NCBI GenBank assembly: GCA_019429445.1
Contig: JAHYIW010000002.1
Coordinates: 37,964-101,963 of the forward strand
DNA from: Desulfuromonadaceae bacterium
GTDB taxonomy: Bacteria > Desulfobacterota > Desulfuromonadia > Desulfuromonadales > JAHYIW01
DNA length: 64,000 bases
Reading direction: 5' to 3'
Positions 8,589-15,514 of this stretch are shown one piece after another. Made by a program: the position numbers and the translations under genes. How positions within the stretch are numbered: the stretch's first letter is position 1; the number at the start of each line of letters is the position of its first letter. Below the pieces are notes generated by a model. That model ran no database searches and was not told the DNA's origin. It worked only from the letters and a program-made list of their open reading frames with translations.

Positions 8589-9434
8589 TTAGGACAGAGA
8601 ATCTGGCGAATTAACACCCTGTTCCTTGTGTAACAAACGGTGTTCGAGATCTTTTACCTTGTGAGACATTTTTTGAAAGGCATGGGCCAGCCGGGCGATA
8701 TCACCGCTTACTTCCGGAAAATCATCCTCAAGCATGCCGTTCTGGGGGGTTTCAGTAAAGTTGGTCAGTTTTTTGATTGGCAAAAAAACCTGGTTGTACA
8801 GGATGGCAAAAACAGCCCCGACAGTCAGAATCAGAACCATCCCGCTGAATATAATCATGCGGTTTTTCAGCTGTCCGAGCGTCTGTTTGAGAGGGGACTG
8901 AGAGAGGCCAATATCGATTGTTCCAAGCAGTTTCTGGTCGGCATTATGTTCGTGGCAGGACGCGTTGGAACATTCCGGTTCATTGTAGATCGGTGCGGTG
9001 ATTGCCAATACGCTGTTGCCGGCGTCATTGGTAAATTGGCGTGCTTGTGACATGGTGCCAAGACTGTGTTTCGGTTCTTCTCCGACGTGACACTCCTTGC
9101 ATCCTGCTGCTGATTTGTTGATAAACTTGTACCGTTCCCCACTTTCGCGGGTAAACATGATCAACCCCTTTTTATTGAAAATACGTAAATGTTCCACCTG
9201 TTTTTGTCCGCCGATGCTGCTGATGATGTTGCTCAAAGTATCCCGGTCATCTTTAAGCATGGCGTAGCGGGTTGATTTGATCACCGTATCGGCAAGATCA
9301 GCCGCATGCTGAATTTCACCCTCGGTCAGGTCTTCCTTGACAAAGCTGTATAAAAGCACACAGCAGGCAATGACAAATCCGGTAACAGCGCAGGCGACCG
9401 GGATGATAGCACGACTGTTTATGCTGCTGAGCAT
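8589..9434 (-). CDS. kinase-less periplasmic sensor protein (haem-motif sensor domain, TM and HAMP only)
   Basis: TM1, a periplasmic domain of about 170 aa with CKECH (CxxCH) and PECSNASCHEH, TM2, a HAMP-like segment, then a stop. The periplasmic domain is homologous to that of the kinase at 15515-17233 (NKPTCYTASCHVH). ATG at 9434 follows GGAG. Confidence 0.65.
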   Translation of the reverse strand: MLSSINSRAIIPVACAVTGFVIACCVLLYSFVKEDLTEGEIQHAADLADTVIKSTRYAMLKDDRDTLSNIISSIGGQKQVEHLRIFNKKGLIMFTRESGERYKFINKSAAGCKECHVGEEPKHSLGTMSQARQFTNDAGNSVLAITAPIYNEPECSNASCHEHNADQKLLGTIDIGLSQSPLKQTLGQLKNRMIIFSGMVLILTVGAVFAILYNQVFLPIKKLTNFTETPQNGMLEDDFPEVSGDIARLAHAFQKMSHKVKDLEHRLLHKEQGVNSPDSLS

Positions 9435-9500
9435 GATGTGACTCCTTGCGCTATTCATATGACTGCGGGACCGCAACGGGCGGTCCCGCAGTCATGCTTT

Positions 9501-10841
9501 TTAATCGATCCGGCGATACAGGGCACCCGCCGGTAAGGGAGCTGTGGTGATCGTATTTGTCTTGACTGCTTCTGCGGCAAGGGCTTCTTGCGGTTGCTCT
9601 TTCCACGCATAAAGAATTGGCAGCCGATAGAGGATAAAGCGATAGACCACAACGTAGATTGCAAAGACCGTCACGGTGATGAGCACTTCAAATACGTGAG
9701 GGATCTCCTGATAGAGTTGCCAGTTGAAAGTGATGAGTGCGGTATTTAAACGATTCAGGACAATGCCAAAGACGGTGATAAATGCTCCCAGCCGGGCCAG
9801 ACCAACCATGCGATGACGAATCGCGTAGGCGAAGAGCACAATCGGCAGGACCACGCCGAAGCCGATTTCAGCCATAAACCAGGCGCCCCAGCCGGTGGCC
9901 AGATACCCCCACTCATTATCGTGGGCAATGCCGATCAATTTGATGGCCAGGTAGGTGATCAACGCCAGACTGGCCCCTTTGGCCAGACCCAGAGTACAGC
10001 GGTCGAGATTGTCGAGAAAGTTTCTGTCACAGCGCCAGCTCATGGTTTTTCTGACGATGGTGCTGACCGCGATCACCATGCAGAGCCCCGCCGGAATCGA
10101 CGAACAGAAGAAATGAATCCATTGAAACGACGCTGAATACCAGAGTGGGTGAACCTTTCCCGGTGCGTAAGTGAACAGCGCCCCCAACGCCCCCTGGTGA
10201 AGGGTTGAGAGAATGATACCGGCGATGGTCAGTCCGATGGCAATCCGGCGCACAAAGCGTTTACCCCCCAGCCACCCGATCCATTCGAAGAAGGCGACAG
10301 ATACTTCAGCGACCTGTACCGACAGATAGGTGGCGACGTGCCAGGCGACCAGAAAGAGCACTGCGGCCGGCCCGAAAGAAACCACCATCGGGTAGGGTAA
10401 TCGCCACGGCTGACCAAGATCAACCAGCAAGTAGACGACAGCAAAAAAGTACCCCAGCAGACCGTTAAGCAGGGCCAGGCGTTCAATCGGCTCGAAATCG
10501 TGGCGACCGAAGATTTCAACGGTTGTTCCGAGCATGAATCCTGACGCAGAAAGTGGCACCATTGCAAACAGACCAAAGCCCAGAAACAAACCCCAGGGAT
10601 AGTCGTTTGATGCATGAGTGACGACGCCGAGTCCGAACAGATAACGATAGGCGATCAATGGCAGTCCGATCGCGAAGATGATCCCCAGAATCCAATTGAA
10701 CGGATTGCGTAACGCCTGCCCGAAATACTGTCCTGGGGTCAGCCCGAAAAAGAGTTTTTGTTTTAGGCTCCAGCTATGGCGAGACTCTTTGTTGATCGGT
10801 GAATCAACGAGTTTCACCCCGCATTGAATCAGACTTTTCAT
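9501..10841 (-). CDS. NrfD/PsrC-family quinone-interacting integral membrane subunit
   Basis: 446 aa, highly hydrophobic with many TM helices. Overlaps the upstream FeS-subunit gene by 4 nt, as is typical of NrfD-type complexes. Confidence 0.8.
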   Translation of the reverse strand: MKSLIQCGVKLVDSPINKESRHSWSLKQKLFFGLTPGQYFGQALRNPFNWILGIIFAIGLPLIAYRYLFGLGVVTHASNDYPWGLFLGFGLFAMVPLSASGFMLGTTVEIFGRHDFEPIERLALLNGLLGYFFAVVYLLVDLGQPWRLPYPMVVSFGPAAVLFLVAWHVATYLSVQVAEVSVAFFEWIGWLGGKRFVRRIAIGLTIAGIILSTLHQGALGALFTYAPGKVHPLWYSASFQWIHFFCSSIPAGLCMVIAVSTIVRKTMSWRCDRNFLDNLDRCTLGLAKGASLALITYLAIKLIGIAHDNEWGYLATGWGAWFMAEIGFGVVLPIVLFAYAIRHRMVGLARLGAFITVFGIVLNRLNTALITFNWQLYQEIPHVFEVLITVTVFAIYVVVYRFILYRLPILYAWKEQPQEALAAEAVKTNTITTAPLPAGALYRRID

Positions 10842-11794
10842 TGTTCATCTCCCTCGTCGCCTGGTGTTGTGTCGGCGGTTTGGTCATGCCCCTCATGGCC
10901 GTCATGTTTTTTTGCAAGGAGGTGGAAACCGGCAAACATTGCGGGCCAGATGGCGAGAACCATCGGCACGGTGCCGAGGAAATCCTTCACCTGATTGATA
11001 ATTGGATCGTTCCCCGGATTCGGGTCGAAACCCACTTCGCTAAAGGGTACCGGGGACAGATACATCCAACTGGTTCCACCCAACTCGTTTTCTCCATAGA
11101 TTCGATTCACGTAGCGGCCTGGGTGTGTCTGAATGCGGTTATTTCCGATTTTGAGTAGTTCCTTGCGCTTGCCGAAGGTTAGTGCTTCCTGCGGGCAAAT
11201 CTCGACACAGGCCGGTGGCAGGCCATTCTTCAGCCGTGTTTCGTGGCAGAAAATACACTTTTTAACGACTGGATCAAAGGCGCTGGAGTAACTGTAGCCA
11301 GGGATGTGAAACGGGCAGGCAATCATACAGTTACGGCAGCCAACACAAACTTTGGAATTATAGATGACAGCCCCTTCCTTCGTTTTGGTATAGGCATTGA
11401 CAAAACAGGAGGTGAGGCAGGCAGGCTCGCTGCAATGATTGCACTGCACTTTGCGGTAAACGGGCTGATCGCTGCTGGCAGGTTGGTAGCGATTTACAAC
11501 CGTATAGGCATTTTCATCGGGACGCCGCAACTGTTTGCCGTCATGGAAAGTTTGGTCAAACACTGATTTGTCATCAAAAGGTAACTCCGGTGCTGGCAGC
11601 TGTTGCTCCTTGTTGCAGGCTGCTTCGCAGCTGCGGCAGCCGACGCAGCGCGTCAAATCGACCAATACCCCCATGCCCTCCGGGTAGCCGGAAAATGATC
11701 CGCTTGCCAGGGCTTTTTTTGTGCCGGCCAAAGTTGTGGCGGCACATCCTGCCACACTCGCGGCAAGAAATCTTCGTCGACTGATTCCACTCAT
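10838..11794 (-). CDS. Tat-exported 4x[4Fe-4S] ferredoxin-type subunit (NrfC/HybA-like) with C-terminal TM anchor
   Basis: Twin-arginine signal SRRRFLAAS. Four Cys clusters (CVGCRSCEAAC, CNHCSEPACLTSC, CVGCRNCMIACP, CIFCH...CVEICP). C-terminal hydrophobic helix and an acidic/His tail. ATG at 11794 follows AAGGAGAG. Confidence 0.85.
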   Translation of the reverse strand: MSGISRRRFLAASVAGCAATTLAGTKKALASGSFSGYPEGMGVLVDLTRCVGCRSCEAACNKEQQLPAPELPFDDKSVFDQTFHDGKQLRRPDENAYTVVNRYQPASSDQPVYRKVQCNHCSEPACLTSCFVNAYTKTKEGAVIYNSKVCVGCRNCMIACPFHIPGYSYSSAFDPVVKKCIFCHETRLKNGLPPACVEICPQEALTFGKRKELLKIGNNRIQTHPGRYVNRIYGENELGGTSWMYLSPVPFSEVGFDPNPGNDPIINQVKDFLGTVPMVLAIWPAMFAGFHLLAKKHDGHEGHDQTADTTPGDEGDEQ

Positions 11795-11834
11795 AACGAC
11801 TCTCCTTATCCTCAAAAACATGCTTCGGTGAATG

Positions 11835-12362
11835 TCATTTCAAATCAAACAACTGTTTGACCCAATTCGTGTCAACGGGGGACGCATCCGCGTGAAACAA
11901 GGCGTCGCCGTCCGGCGTTCTGGTATGACACGTCTGACATCCCGTTGGCCCATTCATCGTTTCATGGCAACCGACGCAGTTCCAGTGATACACCGCTTTC
12001 AGGCCGGGTTTGTCGATATGAAACTGGTAGCGGGACAGGGCTTTTTGATTAAGGTGTTCCGCAGAAAATGGATCGACGACATGGCAATCACGACATGCAA
12101 CGTTAGCGACACCGTCACTGTCAGTATGGCAGCTTACGCAACGTGAGTCGGTTGTTCCTGTTCCGGTGGTATGATGATGGCAGTGCGAGCAATCTTCCCC
12201 CAACTCGGTATGCATGGCATGATCAAATTTGACGCCGGAGAAATACTTGACCATGGTATCGAGCGACACTTGTTCAGGCATGTCGCCTGCCAGACTCAGG
12301 CTACCTGTCGCGAGGATCGACACCGCCATGATCAAGGTAACTCCGAATAACTTAGCGTTCAT
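11835..12362 (-). CDS. periplasmic pentahaem c-type cytochrome
   Basis: Signal peptide plus five CxxCH motifs (CSHCH, CVSCH, CRDCH, CVGCH, CQTCH). ATG at 12362 lies 8 nt after AGGGAG. Confidence 0.85.
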   Translation of the reverse strand: MNAKLFGVTLIMAVSILATGSLSLAGDMPEQVSLDTMVKYFSGVKFDHAMHTELGEDCSHCHHHTTGTGTTDSRCVSCHTDSDGVANVACRDCHVVDPFSAEHLNQKALSRYQFHIDKPGLKAVYHWNCVGCHETMNGPTGCQTCHTRTPDGDALFHADASPVDTNWVKQLFDLK

Positions 12363-12399
12363 AATTATCACTCCCTTTACTAAAGATCGCCCAGCAACA

Positions 12400-12570
12400 C
12401 TATTTGTTGGCGTCAGCGGAATTTGAATTCAAATACTTATAGTACATCGGGAAAGCGATGAAAAATGCCACACAGATCAGGTATTCAACGCCCTTGATAT
12501 ACTGATAGTAATCGACCAAGGTGTGAACACTCTGCCACTCACCTATCGATTGAAGTACCTGTTCAATCAT
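12400..12570 (-). CDS. 56-aa hypothetical membrane mini-protein (not in ORF track)
   Basis: Read by hand: GGGAGGAAAAA-ATG, MIEQVLQSIGEWQSVHTLVDYYQYIKGVEYLICVAFFIAFPMYYKYLNSNSADANK, one TM helix. It fits the 245-nt gap between the flanking operon genes. Confidence 0.5.
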   Translation of the reverse strand: MIEQVLQSIGEWQSVHTLVDYYQYIKGVEYLICVAFFIAFPMYYKYLNSNSADANK

Positions 12571-12615
12571 TTTTTCCTCCCATAAATTCGTTACAATTAG
12601 CGGTTCCTGATCAGA

Positions 12616-12858
12616 TCAGTTTTTTTTGCCACTATATGCCGCCTGCTTTCCTTCTCCCTTGATCAGTCCCTTGATAAACCCGACCAGCAAGATGATTGTT
12701 GGCATCAGCTGCACCAGAATAATCAAGGCACAAAAGGCCAGGAAAGAACCAACCAAAATTCCGCTGGAGTAAGTCTTGGTTGTGTCCACGGCAAAGGCTG
12801 GTTCTATCATCAGTGCCAACATCGAGAGTCCCATCAGTAAACTTCTGAACTTTTTCAT
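12616..12858 (-). CDS. small exported/membrane protein, paralogue B
   Basis: MKKFRSLLMGLSMLALMIEPAFA signal, then GILVGSFLAFCALIILVQLMPTIILLVGFIKGLIKGEGK. Paralogous to 13354-13578. ATG at 12858 follows GGAGG. Confidence 0.6.
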   Translation of the reverse strand: MKKFRSLLMGLSMLALMIEPAFAVDTTKTYSSGILVGSFLAFCALIILVQLMPTIILLVGFIKGLIKGEGKQAAYSGKKN

Positions 12859-12898
12859 AACGCCTCCGTTAAGTTGTTGACTCATGTCATTATTGCAG

Positions 12899-13300
12899 TC
12901 ACACGTCTGCAGAATCGTGAGTCACTTTTTCAAACGCACATTTGACCGCCTGACGTAACTCTTCCTCATCGCCCGGACGGATCGGCTTGAGGGCGTGGTA
13001 GAAAATTCCCTCACTGCGCGCCTTGCGAATTAATGCTAAGGGGAGTTCGCTGGCAACCAGAATGATGGTCAGATTGCGGTTACACTTTTTAAGGATCGGA
13101 ATTAATTCAGTTGCCAATAATTCATCAAAGCGGGGGCTAAGCAGGACAACCTGGGCGGTTTTTTTAAGGATCCCGTAAAGAGCTCCCGCCGCTGAGTTGG
13201 GCACAGATACTTGATAACCCGCTTTGATGAATAGATCTGCCATACGTTTTCTCGACAACACGTCTTCGTCTGCGATCAGTAATCCTGGCATGTGCATCAT
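12899..13300 (-). CDS. stand-alone receiver-fold protein lacking the phospho-acceptor Asp
   Basis: The CheY-like pattern LLIADED...VVLLSPRF...IILVAS...HALKP keeps the acidic pocket and the Lys-Pro. The position normally Asp (LLD) is Ser. ATG at 13300 follows GGGAG. Confidence 0.65.
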   Translation of the reverse strand: MMHMPGLLIADEDVLSRKRMADLFIKAGYQVSVPNSAAGALYGILKKTAQVVLLSPRFDELLATELIPILKKCNRNLTIILVASELPLALIRKARSEGIFYHALKPIRPGDEEELRQAVKCAFEKVTHDSADV

Positions 13301-13353
13301 TGTTATTCTCCCACCCAAGGCCAGACGGTATTGGTTCACCCGACGTGTTGCGG

Positions 13354-13578
13354 TTAGCTCTTATTGACCGTTGTTTTTGCTTCTTTGGAGAACAATCCCC
13401 TGATCAAACCGAAAAAAAGAATCATCGCCGGAATTAATTGGGACACAACGATCAATGCAAAGAATCCAATGAAAAAATAAGTCAGAATTCCTGTTTCTCC
13501 TTCTGGTGTACCAGCTGCGGCATAAGCGGCTGAAGCTGATCCAGCCATCATCGTTGCCATCATTCTCAGTGTTTTCAT
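13354..13578 (-). CDS. small exported/membrane protein, paralogue A
   Basis: Signal-like N-terminus, then GILTYFFIGFFALIVVSQLIPAMILFFGLIRGLFSKEAK. GAAGGAGG RBS. First gene after the sigma-54-type promoter. Confidence 0.6.
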   Translation of the reverse strand: MKTLRMMATMMAGSASAAYAAAGTPEGETGILTYFFIGFFALIVVSQLIPAMILFFGLIRGLFSKEAKTTVNKS

Positions 13579-13652
13579 AACGGCCTCCTTCTCGGGTTGT
13601 TGAACATATTCCGTCGCCGGAGATTCTTGCTCCGGCTTTGAGTAAGGACTTG

Positions 13653-13668
13653 TGCAGGATTTGAACCA
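13653..13668 (-). promoter_or_regulatory. candidate sigma-54 (-24/-12) promoter
   Basis: Minus strand reads TGGTTCAAATCCTGCA. GG and GC have the canonical TGG-N9-TGC spacing. It lies about 75 nt upstream of the 13578 start and downstream of a sigma-54 activator gene. An AT-rich region with palindromes lies 150-250 bp further upstream. Confidence 0.5.
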
Positions 13669-14062
13669 AAATTTGAAAAACTTAATAAAAAGCGCAATTA
13701 GCTGTTTTTTAAGGATTTATTCAATGGTCATAAAATGGAACGCGATTCAGAAAAGATGCAGGTGTATAAATAAAATATGCGTCTGGAAGTGGCCGGTTGC
13801 CACGTTTGAGCGGGAAATGCTTATAACTTGCTGAAAATAAATACGTTTTTTTAAGCATATAAAAAATAATAAAAATATACGGTATGTATAAATATTACAT
13901 ATATGCAGGAAGGTGGGTGTCTGTGAGAAAGATTTGTGCGGCTGCTATCGATGAATGGACGGACAGCTACCGACACCGGATAGAATGTAACACAGCGCAA
14001 TATTGATGGCGTTTTACGGGGCTGGCTGCTGTCTGGCCCGGTAAAAAAGTAAAAGCGAGATA

Positions 14063-15493
14063 TTACCTCACTACCCGAGCATTGATGCTGATCCCCTGTT
14101 TTTTGAGCATCGCCTGAAAATTCGTCCGCAGCATTCCGACCTCCTCTGCGGCCTTGGTGATATTCCAGTCGTTGCGATCCATGGCATTGAGGAGGAATGC
14201 TCGCTCCAACGGCAGAACCGCTTGTTCACGCAGCAATTGTTTGCGTTCCTTGAGTTCATTGGCATCCAGCGGAACAGTTCCGGAAACGTCCGTTGCCACG
14301 ACAACGCGATTATCATTGTCCTCCGGGATCTCCAGATCCTGACACTGAATAAGGTCAGATTGGGTCAGGACCACGGCCCGTTCAATAATGTTTTCCAGCT
14401 CGCGCACATTGCCGGGGAAGTCGTACTGTTCCAGCCGTTTGCAGACATCAGGGCTGAACCCTCTTATCTCTTTTCCGTTTTCTTCAGCAAAACGTCTGAG
14501 AAAATGGCTTGCCAACAACATCAGATCCGCGCGGTGTTCACGTAATGCAGGGAGTTCAATGGGGATAATATTAAGCCGAAAAAACAGATCCTCACGGAAA
14601 GTGCCCTGCTTGACCATCGCCCGCAGGTTGGCATTGGTGGCGGCAACCAGGCGAATGTCAATAGCGACCAACTCTGTTCCACCGAGGGGGGTAATGACGC
14701 GTTCTTGCAGCACGCGCAGTAATTTAGCTTGTGTCGTCAGGCTGATATTGCCGATCTCGTCGAGCAGCAGTGTGCCCCCTTCGGCGACTTCAAACAAGCC
14801 TCGTTTGGTTTGTGTTGCTCCGGTAAAGGAACCTTTCACATGCCCAAATAATTCACTTTCGAGCAAGCTTTCTGCCAGAGAAGTGCAATCGATCGCAACA
14901 AACGGATGTGAACGTCTGGGGCTGTGGGTGTGAATCGCGCGTGCGACCAGCTCTTTGCCGGTACCACTTTCTCCGCTGATTAATACCGTGCTGTCGGTCG
15001 GAGCCACTTGCAGGATACGTTGATAAAGCCGTTTCATTTGGCGGCTGTTGCCGATCAGGCGATCGAAACCGCCGGTTTCAGTCATCTCGCGTCGCAGACA
15101 AATATCGTCGATCAGTACCGCTCTGCTTTCAATGGCGTTCTTGATCTTGTCGATTAATTCCTCGTTGGTAAATGGTTTGGCCAGATAATCCGTCGCACCG
15201 TTTTTAATTGCCTCCACAGCATTTTCTATCGCGGCGTAACCGGTAATCAGCACTACCGGGAGTTCCGGCTGACAGTTGCGGATCGCCTTCAATACATCAA
15301 GACCGCTCATTCCGGGCATCTTAAGATCGGTGACCAGGAGCCTGAACTGTTTTTGCTGTAAACGATCGAGAGCGGCACGACCGTTGCTGACCGCTTCTAC
15401 TTCGTACCCTTGCGCAGAAAGAATGCGTATCAATCCTTTGCGAATGACCGCATCATCATCGGCAACCAGAATCGTATCAATTTCGCCATTCAT
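14063..15493 (-). CDS. sigma-54-dependent response regulator (NtrC family: REC-AAA+-HTH)
   Basis: REC (LVADDD...LLVTDLKMPGMSG...KP), Walker A GESGTGKE, GSFTGA (GAFTGA variant), ELFGH and a C-terminal Fis-type HTH. Confidence 0.9.
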   Translation of the reverse strand: MNGEIDTILVADDDAVIRKGLIRILSAQGYEVEAVSNGRAALDRLQQKQFRLLVTDLKMPGMSGLDVLKAIRNCQPELPVVLITGYAAIENAVEAIKNGATDYLAKPFTNEELIDKIKNAIESRAVLIDDICLRREMTETGGFDRLIGNSRQMKRLYQRILQVAPTDSTVLISGESGTGKELVARAIHTHSPRRSHPFVAIDCTSLAESLLESELFGHVKGSFTGATQTKRGLFEVAEGGTLLLDEIGNISLTTQAKLLRVLQERVITPLGGTELVAIDIRLVAATNANLRAMVKQGTFREDLFFRLNIIPIELPALREHRADLMLLASHFLRRFAEENGKEIRGFSPDVCKRLEQYDFPGNVRELENIIERAVVLTQSDLIQCQDLEIPEDNDNRVVVATDVSGTVPLDANELKERKQLLREQAVLPLERAFLLNAMDRNDWNITKAAEEVGMLRTNFQAMLKKQGISINARVVR

Positions 15494-15514
15494 ATTGCCT
15501 CGCATTGTGAAGAT

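Noticed and set aside
9501-12362. Assigning the cytochrome/FeS/NrfD trio to a specific named complex (for example a particular Geobacter Cbc, or Nrf/Psr/Hmc)
   Set aside because: The subunit types are clear, but orthology to a specific named complex cannot be established without database comparison. I kept the call generic.
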